The notes: generated from the sequence alone by a model not told the origin. Shown: positions 28,880 through 37,335, counted from the first letter of the stretch. The stretch is DNA of 64,000 nt from a virus (IMGVR_UViG_3300027917_000018:138976-202975), one strand, 5' to 3'. A program made the numbers and translations.

Positions 28880-28954
28880 TGGCGCTGCTGGCGGGAGTTG
28901 AACCCGCAACACGGGAGGTTAAAGCTCCCTGCTCTGCCGTTGAGCTACAGCAGC
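28880..28954 (-). tRNA. tRNA with UUA anticodon (ochre-suppressor type), CCA encoded
   Basis: 75 nt: acceptor GCTGCTG/CAGCAGC-G-CCA; D stem GCTC/GAGC; anticodon stem GGGAG/CTCCC with loop CT-TTA-AC; T stem GCGGG/CCCGC with loop TTCAACT. Confidence 0.92.
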
Positions 28955-29406
28955 TTCAAAATCCTGGTTGTGCTGAAACCGGTCATGAGCGGGATGAAGC
29001 GGATTTCGCCGCCATTCTTGAGGACCACGTCGCGCTCCCCTTTGTCCACCGTGTCGATGTTGTAGTCGTCGCCCTTGACCCAAATGGCCGGGCAAACCGT
29101 ATCCAGAAAGCGCGTGGCGCGTTTACCGCGAAAGACATACACCCAGTCGACGCATTCAAGTCCGGCCACCACGAAGGCGCGCAGAGCGGCTGGAAAAATC
29201 GGGCGGTCCGGCCCCTTGAGCATCCTGACCGACCGGTCGTCGTTGATACCGACCACCAGCTGCATCCCAAGTTTACGGGCCTCCTGAAGGAAGTGGACGT
29301 GGCCTGGGTGGAGGATGTCGAAGCAGCCGTTGGTGGCGACAGTTGCATGCCGGGCGCTATTGAGGCGCAGTTCCCGCACGTTCGTCAGCAGCTTTGGATT
29401 GTCCAT
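28945..29406 (-). CDS. cytidylyltransferase-family protein (HldE/RfaE domain II-like adenylyltransferase)
   Basis: TNGCFDILHPGH, GINDDRSV, KGPDRP, KGDDY, GFSTTRI. Confidence 0.9.
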   Translation of the reverse strand: MDNPKLLTNVRELRLNSARHATVATNGCFDILHPGHVHFLQEARKLGMQLVVGINDDRSVRMLKGPDRPIFPAALRAFVVAGLECVDWVYVFRGKRATRFLDTVCPAIWVKGDDYNIDTVDKGERDVVLKNGGEIRFIPLMTGFSTTRILKLL

Positions 29407-29671
29407 GCTGACTAGAACGCGCCTCGTTGGCTAACCGCGTGTAAACGCGGGTGAAGTCCGGGTAGCCGTAGTCTCGTGGTTCTGTCACAGTCTTGGCTTG
29501 GCCGCACACACCGCACGTGCCTTCGTGCATGGTGGATGTGTTGAGTTGGCTAAAGCGGCCTCGGGCTTCGTGGGCGCATTCCGCGCACACCCAGCTAGGA
29601 TATGGTTTGTCCATGATGTCGTCGGTGGGGTTTGTATGAAGCAAGTCGTCGCAGTAAATCCAGGCGGACAT
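29357..29671 (-). CDS. small zinc-ribbon protein
   Basis: CAEC...GTCGVCG...TEPRDYGYP; start uncertain. Confidence 0.55.
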   Translation of the reverse strand: MSAWIYCDDLLHTNPTDDIMDKPYPSWVCAECAHEARGRFSQLNTSTMHEGTCGVCGQAKTVTEPRDYGYPDFTRVYTRLANEARSSQHGQSKAADERAGTAPQ

Positions 29672-29873
29672 AAGAGCCGCGCCGATTGCTCACAACGATG
29701 GCCTCGCGCATGGCGTTTACGAATTTGATTCGTGGATCGTCAGTCATCAAAGGATTGGTTGTCAGGACCAGCTCGATCAGGGCCACGAGGCTCTCGTAAT
29801 CTAGCTTGTAGGTTTCCTCGATCAGGACACCGTCCGGGATTACTTCAATGGACGTTCCGTTAGGCAATTTCAC
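29595..29873 (-). CDS. hypothetical protein
   Basis: GTG start with AAGGA 5 nt upstream. Confidence 0.5.
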   Translation of the reverse strand: MKLPNGTSIEVIPDGVLIEETYKLDYESLVALIELVLTTNPLMTDDPRIKFVNAMREAIVVSNRRGSYVRLDLLRRLASYKPHRRHHGQTIS

Positions 29874-29907
29874 GATATTCCTTACAATTGCAATGATTTA
29901 ACCGAAG

Positions 29908-30195
29908 TCAAGTCGCGAATCCCAGCGCTCGGGCCGTCTCCCTGGCCCTTTGTTTCGCTTCCCGTATTTCGCGCTGAGTCCACGGTTTTAGCCGCAAGAA
30001 CCGCCAGGTGCCTCCCTTAAGCAGTTGCAGGTAGGCACCCACGGTCAGTAGCCGCCGCTCGCGCTCCGGCAGCTTGGCGATGGCGACCTGCGCCTCGACC
30101 TCGTCCTGGGTGTCACACATCTTGAGGCGGCACCAGAAGCTCTTGCTGCCGACTGAGAGCACGTAGCCTTTAGCGATTGGCTTCATGGTTTCCAT
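29908..30195 (-). CDS. hypothetical OB-fold-like protein
   Basis: GYVLSVGSKSFWCRL beta pattern. Confidence 0.5.
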   Translation of the reverse strand: METMKPIAKGYVLSVGSKSFWCRLKMCDTQDEVEAQVAIAKLPERERRLLTVGAYLQLLKGGTWRFLRLKPWTQREIREAKQRARETARALGFAT

Positions 30196-30685
30196 TCAAA
30201 GAACGCCATCGGTCGACGGCGTCCCACTCGACAAGCTCGCAGTCGTACTCCTGGGCCTTGCCGTTGGGCGCGGGGCTCCAGCGGTGCCAAAGCTCGTGCG
30301 CCGTCAGCCCGACCAGCTGCTCACGCCAGTTGTTGATCCAGAATTCCGGCATTTCCTTGAAGCGAGGGTACCGCTGCAAAACGGGCTCTTCGTGGAGATT
30401 TCCGATGAAGACTTTGGCATGATAGCCGCAGGCGCGGCCCCACCAGCTTCTTGAGGACTTTCCGATCCGTAACACATGGGGCCAGCGCTGCTGGCGTCGC
30501 ACATATTCCGGGCCGTGCTGCCGCAGCGCTTCGCGCTTCACGTGGACAAAGGCGCAGGCAATCAGGGGTCGCACAGTCCTCCAGGGTAGGCGCACCGTGC
30601 GCTCATTGTAGTCGACAAGCAGCGTGTCCTTCGGAGCCACGAAGCCGCGCACCTTCATCTTGGGAGCTGTGACGCGGTATCTCAT
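30170..30685 (-). CDS. putative zinc metallopeptidase-like protein
   Basis: AHELWH HExxH motif plus downstream E in AQEYDCE. Confidence 0.55.
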   Translation of the reverse strand: MRYRVTAPKMKVRGFVAPKDTLLVDYNERTVRLPWRTVRPLIACAFVHVKREALRQHGPEYVRRQQRWPHVLRIGKSSRSWWGRACGYHAKVFIGNLHEEPVLQRYPRFKEMPEFWINNWREQLVGLTAHELWHRWSPAPNGKAQEYDCELVEWDAVDRWRSLNGNHEANR

Positions 30686-31074
30686 TTGCCAAAGAGCCGC
30701 TTTTCGGCGCGGCGCATGCGGGCGCTTTCGCGCTGGCGCGATTTGCTGGCTTTTCGTTTACGCGCTCGTTCCAGGACACGAATGTTGGCCGCGCACCGAA
30801 GCATGTAGGCGTAAACGTCAGAGAGCTTCATGCTGCTGGCTTGGCGAGTTCCCTCCGGGCGAAGCTCCAACAGGTCGCCGTCGCGGAGCGCAACCACCAA
30901 CCTTCGGCGTTTGTCCCGGCCATAGCAGCCGCCCAGGGGCTCGCGGGTGACGCGAACGACCTCGCTGGCGACGAGCCTGGTAACCGGCTGGTCGCGCTCG
31001 TCAAAGACTGGCACCAGCTTCCCGTTATGCCGCTTCTTCACGGCCCGCAGTTTTTTCGATCCAATGACTATCAT
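30682..31074 (-). CDS. basic early hypothetical protein
   Basis: ATG 31074 lies 10 nt after TATAAT; RLVVALRDGDLLELRPEGTR. Confidence 0.65.
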   Translation of the reverse strand: MIVIGSKKLRAVKKRHNGKLVPVFDERDQPVTRLVASEVVRVTREPLGGCYGRDKRRRLVVALRDGDLLELRPEGTRQASSMKLSDVYAYMLRCAANIRVLERARKRKASKSRQRESARMRRAEKRLFGK

Positions 31075-31084
31075 AGCGTAAATC

Positions 31085-31112
31085 ATTATACACGATATAC
31101 TTAGCCTGTCAA
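31085..31112 (-). promoter_or_regulatory. consensus sigma70 promoter
   Basis: TTGACA-N16-TATAAT in an AT-rich divergent gap. Confidence 0.85.
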
Positions 31113-31168
31113 CAATAATCTTTAAGCACGAAGACAGCAGCAGACCCGAAGCGCGGCCCGTAAGTAGT

Positions 31169-31495
31169 GTGATGGCAGACGAAGTCCAGGATTCCCGGTA
31201 CAAGGAACTGACTGTGCCGGACTTTAAGAGCACGATCCCAGCTCACCTTCTAGGGCGGCTGACGGACTCAGAGCGCTATCTTGTCGAGACGCTGTCCAAG
31301 ATGGAGCAGCAAAACACCTTCTTGATCGGCGCGGTATTGGAGCACCGGCTGGCGATCCGGGATGGGGACATTCGGCTCGGCAAGGTTGAAAAATGGAAAG
31401 CGAACCTGAGCAGCAAGTGGGCGGTCATCGCCGTGATCCTGGCCATCATCGTGCCTGTAGCCCTGAAAGAGATATTCGATCACTGGTTCCCATGA
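31169..31495 (+). CDS. coiled-coil protein with C-terminal membrane anchor
   Basis: KWAVIAVILAIIVPVAL transmembrane segment. Confidence 0.6.
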   Translation: MMADEVQDSRYKELTVPDFKSTIPAHLLGRLTDSERYLVETLSKMEQQNTFLIGAVLEHRLAIRDGDIRLGKVEKWKANLSSKWAVIAVILAIIVPVALKEIFDHWFP

Positions 31496-31938
31496 CAGCG
31501 CTTGACCTGGCCCGGCGATGGGCAGCGCCAACGCCTGTGCTCGTAGTAGACGATGACGCTGCGGTGAGACGACTGTTCCGTCGCCTAGCCGAGAACTTCG
31601 GCCTGGCTGTAGTGGAGGCCGACGGTGTCGAGGAGGCAAGGGCGGCGTTGGCCGCCCACAATTTCAGAGCAGTTTTCCTGGACCTTCATTTGGGTGAACA
31701 AAGCGCCCTTGATCTTATGCCTTGGGTCGGCAAGGAAACTCCGGTTGTCCTCATGACCGGGCATCTGGACAGCCCGCTTCTGGAACGCGCCTTAGACGAA
31801 GGCCCGTACGCCCTGCTGCGGAAGCCTGACGATTTTCAAGTCGAAAGGATCGGACAAGTGCTTCAGCTTTTGAATATCCGGCATTTGACGCCCAGCGGCA
31901 TGCCGCAGCTCAAGCCAGCGCAGCATGTCGTTCCTTAG
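31492..31938 (+). CDS. stand-alone response-regulator receiver domain (CheY-like)
   Basis: VLVVDDD, VFLDLHL (phospho-Asp), VVLMTG, LRKP. Confidence 0.9.
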   Translation: MTALDLARRWAAPTPVLVVDDDAAVRRLFRRLAENFGLAVVEADGVEEARAALAAHNFRAVFLDLHLGEQSALDLMPWVGKETPVVLMTGHLDSPLLERALDEGPYALLRKPDDFQVERIGQVLQLLNIRHLTPSGMPQLKPAQHVVP

Positions 31939-32300
31939 CCGAAGATGCGCAGGGCCGTGTTGCTGAGCTGCGGGTTTTTCGTCTCGATCACGTAAACGCG
32001 GCCAAAAGTCAGGAACGGGCCTTCAACGAGATTCTTTTTGGCGTCGGTGAGGCCCGTAAGCTGAATGTACAGACCAGTCTCTTCATCAGTCACCGTCGCG
32101 GCGATAGCAATGTGCCCTTTTTCCAGGTCCTTTCGCATAATGGGCTGTGTCGTCCTGGTGCGCAGCACTTTGGTCGCGGTGGATGACTGTTCGTGAAAAA
32201 GCCGTTCAGCTTCAAGGTACAGGGTTTCTACAAGACCTTTGCTGGTTGGAAGGTGCTTGCTGGTGACCGTTTGCAGTGGCATGGCATGTTTCTGGTCCAT
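31935..32300 (-). CDS. hypothetical protein
   Basis: MDQKHAMP; GTTCT 7 nt upstream. Confidence 0.55.
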   Translation of the reverse strand: MDQKHAMPLQTVTSKHLPTSKGLVETLYLEAERLFHEQSSTATKVLRTRTTQPIMRKDLEKGHIAIAATVTDEETGLYIQLTGLTDAKKNLVEGPFLTFGRVYVIETKNPQLSNTALRIFG

Positions 32301-32304
32301 AGCC

Positions 32305-32793
32305 TTAAGAACCGGATTCAATGCGGCAGCTGCATTCAAGCTTGGTTTCCACTGCAAAGGAGGCCACTGCCAGGGCGCTCCACAAATCCTTGCGGATGCC
32401 GTATAACGGGCCGGGTTTTTTCTTGGTTCCGACCTCGCCGTACTTGTCGAGCAGGGCGCGGCGGATGTTGGGGTCCTTGGCCCTGGCCACGCCGCAGTGA
32501 TGGACACAGACCGGTTTGCGAAAGACCAGGTGCCACGGATTTTGCAGGACGTTCCAGACCTCAACAAACCGCCCGATCCAAAGCACCGTTTCAAAAACCT
32601 CCTTGCCGACCGGCATGCCGTAGCTGGCGATCATCTCGATGTAGAGCGGCGGCCCATTATCTTCGCCCTGGCAAAGTTTCGCATGCAGGTCCGCGTTGGG
32701 ATAAATTTCAGCTTCCAGTACTTTGGAGCCGTCCCAAAGGACGTAAGCACTTTCGGTTGTCCCAGGATCGATGCCGATGATAGGTAGCTGCAT
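32305..32793 (-). CDS. RuvC-like Holliday junction resolvase
   Basis: IIGIDPG, LYIEM and DLWSALAVA RNase H-fold acidic motifs. Confidence 0.75.
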   Translation of the reverse strand: MQLPIIGIDPGTTESAYVLWDGSKVLEAEIYPNADLHAKLCQGEDNGPPLYIEMIASYGMPVGKEVFETVLWIGRFVEVWNVLQNPWHLVFRKPVCVHHCGVARAKDPNIRRALLDKYGEVGTKKKPGPLYGIRKDLWSALAVASFAVETKLECSCRIESGS

Positions 32794-32866
32794 ACTGGTA
32801 AGAACGGGCACGATCGTTTAAGATTTACGTTGACCATTCCTCCCGTTTCCGTGTTCTTAAGCGCGT

Positions 32867-34087
32867 ATGGGGCGCATTGCGGATGTCGTCAGGAAGTATC
32901 GTCTCGACGTTGAAACGGACGTGAAGTCCGAGAGCCTGGGACTCGGCCCTATCATGGAAAAGGCCGCCCTGGAGACTTTTCTCGCGCACGATCCAAGCGG
33001 AAGCGCCAAATACCTGGAATGGATGATTTTTCAGGCGGGCGGCGGACAGGTCCTGATGCAGAAGATGCACGATATGTGGAACGGCCTTGGCCCGTCCGAC
33101 CAGCTTGCCCAGTGTCCCAACGTCAAGAAGGAATACCTCGAAGAAGTCATGCGGCCCTACTTCGGCGTTGACGGCAAGCAGCATCCGCCCATGACGAGAG
33201 AGCAGGCTCTTTGTGCGTGGCCTGACGCGGAGCGCCACTATTACCACGAGTTCTTGATGGGCGACCAGGACCTGGCGGTCGGCGGCGGTTACGGCTTCTT
33301 CCGTCATTGGAATGAGCGCTACGATCGGATTGTTGAAGCCATCAAGTTCTGGCACCAGCAGCTGCCCGCGCTCAAAGCCCTGAACGAGGAGGCTGACATT
33401 ACGGATCGCGTGGAGCTGGACATCTACGCGAAATGGTCATTTGGCGGTTTCAACCAGCCCGACGCCGTTTACGGAACCGTCGAGAAACTGGAGGAGGCTT
33501 TTCATTCCGTGCGCTGGCGGCGCGTGCTGCTGGACGTGCGCTACGACACCGTTTACGAAGATGCGTTGCTTCTGGTGGTCGCGCCGCTGACGATCGGGGC
33601 CAGCATGAAGTACGGCGTTTCCAAGTGGTGTACGAGCAACGAGACCAACCTGCGCCATTCGCTAAACCCGAGCTATCCGGCGGAATCGCATTGGACGAAC
33701 TACCTTTCCAGAGGACCGGTGGTCTACTGGTGCTGGAAAATTCCAATGCCGCCTTATTTGTGGCGGCTGGCCATCCACATCAGCAACGAGAACCTGGCCC
33801 GGTGTCGGCCCCAGTTCCTTGCAGATCAGGCGTTCATCAACGCCTTTAACGACCCCAAGACAACGACCTACGCCGCGATCCGTGAGGAGATGCTCAAGGA
33901 GCACCTTCGGATGAATGCGCCGCCTTCCGACCAGTGGCCGCTGGCCTTCGGGCGCAAGGACGCCAATCGGGCTTGGGACTCGAAGAAGCAGGGCAAGGAG
34001 GTCGTGGCCGTGTTTGACAAGTCGCTCAAAGCGGTGTCCAACTGGGCCAACGGGTTTGATACGCGCCGCATCGTCAAGCGCCTGTAG
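32867..34087 (+). CDS. jumbo-phage hypothetical protein, paralog Q1
   Basis: KYLEWMIFQAGGG and YED.LLLVVAPLTIGASMKYGVSKWCTSN shared with the 34096 ORF. Confidence 0.7.
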   Translation: MGRIADVVRKYRLDVETDVKSESLGLGPIMEKAALETFLAHDPSGSAKYLEWMIFQAGGGQVLMQKMHDMWNGLGPSDQLAQCPNVKKEYLEEVMRPYFGVDGKQHPPMTREQALCAWPDAERHYYHEFLMGDQDLAVGGGYGFFRHWNERYDRIVEAIKFWHQQLPALKALNEEADITDRVELDIYAKWSFGGFNQPDAVYGTVEKLEEAFHSVRWRRVLLDVRYDTVYEDALLLVVAPLTIGASMKYGVSKWCTSNETNLRHSLNPSYPAESHWTNYLSRGPVVYWCWKIPMPPYLWRLAIHISNENLARCRPQFLADQAFINAFNDPKTTTYAAIREEMLKEHLRMNAPPSDQWPLAFGRKDANRAWDSKKQGKEVVAVFDKSLKAVSNWANGFDTRRIVKRL

Positions 34088-34095
34088 TTACGGTG

Positions 34096-35343
34096 ATGGC
34101 ACGGCCAAGACGAAAGAAGGCGGAAGAGCCACCCGAACCGCCCAAGGCAGCGCAGTACGATCCCGCAACGATCGCCAAACTGCGCAAGTACCGGCTCGCC
34201 AACGAGGACGGGACGCTCCGCGAAACGGACGTACCCGGCAAAGGCACTGGGCCGGTCATGTCGCCGGAGGTCATCGACCGATTTCTGGAGCTGGACACCA
34301 GCCGCAAGAAAAACCTGCTCGATTGGATGCTTTACGCGGCTGGCGGCGGCAAGCCCGCGATGGAGACAAGCGAGCGCACGCTGGAGCTGGCCAAGCAGTA
34401 CGTGAAGGGTCAGCGCATGAAGGGGCTCGACCGCAACAATGCCCAAATCGACCCCATGACCGAGGAGCAGGCTGAGGCGGACTGGGCCAAGGACGAGCCT
34501 GGCTACCGGGAAGCTTACTTCTACGGCGACGAAGACCTGTCGAATGATCCCCAATACCCGATCTTTGGGTACTTCCGGGACTGGCCTGGCCGTGCTGGCG
34601 TTTACAAAAAGGTTTACGAAGCGGTCAAAGGTTTCCTGGAAATCCTGAACAACAAGCAGCTGTTGCAGCAGTACAACAAGCTCTTTCCCACCGCGCCTTT
34701 CCAAACTGACCTCAATCAGTACCAAAGCATCGACGACTTGCTGCGCGTGGTCAGCCAGTTCAAGCGCAAGATCGCGCAGCGGCGGGCCGAGAAGGACGTT
34801 CAGTTCATGGGCCACGGCGGCGCACGCGGTTCTGACGAGGTCCTCTATGAGGACGACTACATGAAGGTCGTCGCTCCAGCGACGGTAGCCGCGTCCATGA
34901 AGACCGGTTTTCCGAACTGGTGTATCTCCAACATGACGCGCTTCCAGAGCTATTTCAGCAGCGGGAGCACCGCCGACCTCCTGTGGGGCTCAAACTGCGA
35001 AAGAGGCCCCTTTGTCTTCTGGCTGTTCAAGGTCAACTTTCAGGACCGGAACCTCAAAAAGCTCGCAGGCCATATCTTGCTTAACCGAGTTGGCGCGCAT
35101 GAGCTTGAAGTAGGGCAGATTCAATTTTGGGACGGTGAAAACCGTCAGGCTTTCGACTACCCGACAATCGTGGCGAGGTTGACTAGCGAGATGCCTGAGA
35201 TTCAGGGACCGTTTGCCCGATCCATAGAGGCCGTGAAGAATTGGTTCGGCCAGTGGGACCCCGAGCAGCTGGAGAAATATCCGCCTTTGGAAAGCATCCG
35301 CCAGGCGGCAAAGCGGTTAGCCGCGCAGCTGCTTGCCGGTTAG
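34096..35343 (+). CDS. jumbo-phage hypothetical protein, paralog Q2
   Basis: NLLDWMLYAAGGG and YEDDYMKVVAPATVAASMKTGFPNWCISN. Confidence 0.7.
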   Translation: MARPRRKKAEEPPEPPKAAQYDPATIAKLRKYRLANEDGTLRETDVPGKGTGPVMSPEVIDRFLELDTSRKKNLLDWMLYAAGGGKPAMETSERTLELAKQYVKGQRMKGLDRNNAQIDPMTEEQAEADWAKDEPGYREAYFYGDEDLSNDPQYPIFGYFRDWPGRAGVYKKVYEAVKGFLEILNNKQLLQQYNKLFPTAPFQTDLNQYQSIDDLLRVVSQFKRKIAQRRAEKDVQFMGHGGARGSDEVLYEDDYMKVVAPATVAASMKTGFPNWCISNMTRFQSYFSSGSTADLLWGSNCERGPFVFWLFKVNFQDRNLKKLAGHILLNRVGAHELEVGQIQFWDGENRQAFDYPTIVARLTSEMPEIQGPFARSIEAVKNWFGQWDPEQLEKYPPLESIRQAAKRLAAQLLAG

Positions 35344-36026
35344 CGGCACCGGTCGAACAGGTCCACGATCAGCCGTTCCAAGGCTTCCGCCAGGGACTTT
35401 TCCCGCACGTGGCGCATTTTCCACACCACAACTTCCGCCAGCCCCACACCCGGACAGTCCGCCAAGTCTTCGTAGCCGTAGGCGGTCACGAACGGCACGA
35501 GCGGGTGGTACCGGCGGCAGTTGCAGTAATCCATCGTCGATCCGTAGGTCCGCAGCTCGATGTTCCGTGAGTTGGCCCGGTGGACATGGCTGACCCGGAT
35601 CAAGGCGTTGGCGATGTTGGCCGCCACGAATCGATCCATGAGCGTGCTGAAGCTCAAGACCAGCTCCTTGTAGGTCTCGTGCTCCGGGCTGGAGACGGCG
35701 GCCTGGATGGCGTCGATTTGGGCCGCCAGGGGCAGGCAGAGCTTCTTTTCCCACCGGGTCTTGACCTTGTCCCCGGCTTTGCGAAAAAGCAGCTTGCCGA
35801 ATTCGCGCACGAGGACAGCCTGCTGGCGCTCCGGGTCCAGCTTGGCGAAACTGGGGTAGACGTTGACCTCCGGCTTACCCGCCACATTGAGCGAGGCGTC
35901 GGCCCCGCTGGACACCTTGCTGGGCTTCCACTGCATCTCGCCCCATTGGCGGGTTACGTGGTTGCATCGCCCGACCTGGGATTGGTTCAGGGCGGTTCCG
36001 GCTGCTTGGACTGCTTCTTCGTACAT
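35340..36026 (-). CDS. hypothetical protein with degenerate zincin-like motif
   Basis: VLVREFGK in place of HExGH. Confidence 0.55.
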   Translation of the reverse strand: MYEEAVQAAGTALNQSQVGRCNHVTRQWGEMQWKPSKVSSGADASLNVAGKPEVNVYPSFAKLDPERQQAVLVREFGKLLFRKAGDKVKTRWEKKLCLPLAAQIDAIQAAVSSPEHETYKELVLSFSTLMDRFVAANIANALIRVSHVHRANSRNIELRTYGSTMDYCNCRRYHPLVPFVTAYGYEDLADCPGVGLAEVVVWKMRHVREKSLAEALERLIVDLFDRCR

Positions 36027-36820
36027 CAGTTGACCCTCATGATCACCGCTCCGCTGTGGAGGGTATCGTAGTTGCCGTCATAAGTATTCAGGAAGTGGGC
36101 GAAGCCGTCTGTGCTGACCGCCTCTTTGGCCGCTGCGTCGATGTCGATGCCGACCAGTTCGATGGCCTGTTTTCCAGCGTCCTCCTTGCCGTAGATGTCC
36201 TCCAGGTATTCCATACCGTCGAAACGGTCTTCCTGGGAGCTAATCCAGCTTTCCTTGGCTTCGTCGACCAGCTCTGAGTAGTTTTCGACCTTCACAAGCT
36301 CGGGATCGCCGTCCTCGTCTTCCTGCTCGGTCCAAAGGTCATCCTCATCCAGATAGCCCTCTTTTTGCAGGAACTCAGCCCACTCGTCCTCGTCGTCGTA
36401 CATCTGCTCCAGGTTGTGATCCCGGTAGTCGCTCCAAAGAAGGCTGTCGAGCCTTTTGGTATCGATGTGGCTGCGCAGCCAGTCTTGGTTGAACAGTTCG
36501 GGCTCGTCCCTGAGCTGCTGTTCGACGTAGCGGAGCGCGGTTGTTTCTGCTTCGTCCTCGTCCTTGTAGATTTCCCATTCCATGTTGCCGCTGGACACGC
36601 GCATCATGGCATCATCGTGGGTCTCGGGTTCGACTTTGGTCTCCAGGGAGACCTGGGCTTCTCTAGCGGCCACCTGCTGCCAGTCCTCCAAGTCGTCCCA
36701 AATCTCGTTCCACGCGTCCGACATGACGGTGTAGCTTTTGGCTACCCGCTTGATGAAGTCTCGCGGGCTTTCCTTGCCCTCCAGGACGGCGGTGGCTAGC
36801 TCTTTGGCTAGTAGCTCCAT
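36026..36820 (-). CDS. leader-family protein D, very acidic
   Basis: LAKELATAVLEGKESPRDFIK; D/E-rich; DGFAHFLNTYDG. Confidence 0.7.
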   Translation of the reverse strand: MELLAKELATAVLEGKESPRDFIKRVAKSYTVMSDAWNEIWDDLEDWQQVAAREAQVSLETKVEPETHDDAMMRVSSGNMEWEIYKDEDEAETTALRYVEQQLRDEPELFNQDWLRSHIDTKRLDSLLWSDYRDHNLEQMYDDEDEWAEFLQKEGYLDEDDLWTEQEDEDGDPELVKVENYSELVDEAKESWISSQEDRFDGMEYLEDIYGKEDAGKQAIELVGIDIDAAAKEAVSTDGFAHFLNTYDGNYDTLHSGAVIMRVN

Positions 36821-37335
36821 ACCAAGCTCCTGTTTTGTACGTCCCACAGCGCCTTGTCATTGTCGTCGTTGCGCACGAGAACGTAGCGGGTTTGGATGCC
36901 GTCAAAGTTAGGAGGTTCGTTCGGGTCGCCGCTGACGATCGAAAGTTTACCTTCAGCCTCCGCGCCCTCCAGGTCCATGTCTTCCCAAGGCCATACGCCG
37001 ATGTCGGCGGTACTTCCTGGATGGCTGCCCAAAAATGTAAACGGCGGGCAATACTTGCGTTGGATATAACTGTACAGGTCCGTCTCAACTTCGACCAGGT
37101 CCCAGTCCTGTGCCTTGGCCTCGTCGTAGTTCGCTTGGTATTCGGAGGCGGCTCCGGGGTCAAGCTCCTTGAGCAAACCGAGCCCAGCGTCGATCAAGTC
37201 GTCGGTGTCTAAGGTGCCCCTAGAAAGCTCCCATCCTACGGGCAGGTAGTTGACGCGGGGCAGCTTGCCCAAGACCCGCTTAGGCGATTCTCCGTCCTCC
37301 AGGACTGCCCTGGCCAATTGTTCGGCAGGTCTCAT
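36808..37335 (-). CDS. leader-family protein E, acidic
   Basis: MRPAEQLARAVLEDGESPKRVL. Confidence 0.7.
   Translation of the reverse strand: MRPAEQLARAVLEDGESPKRVLGKLPRVNYLPVGWELSRGTLDTDDLIDAGLGLLKELDPGAASEYQANYDEAKAQDWDLVEVETDLYSYIQRKYCPPFTFLGSHPGSTADIGVWPWEDMDLEGAEAEGKLSIVSGDPNEPPNFDGIQTRYVLVRNDDNDKALWDVQNRSLVWSY

Noticed and set aside
28912-28928. Reading the tRNA as Lys (TTT) or another sense isotype
   Set aside because: The 5-bp GGGAG/CTCCC stem and U33 fix the anticodon as TTA; a sense reading needs sequence changes.
29883-29911. TTGACT as a third sigma70 promoter
   Set aside because: No TAnnnT at 16-18 nt spacing, and it overlaps a stop codon.
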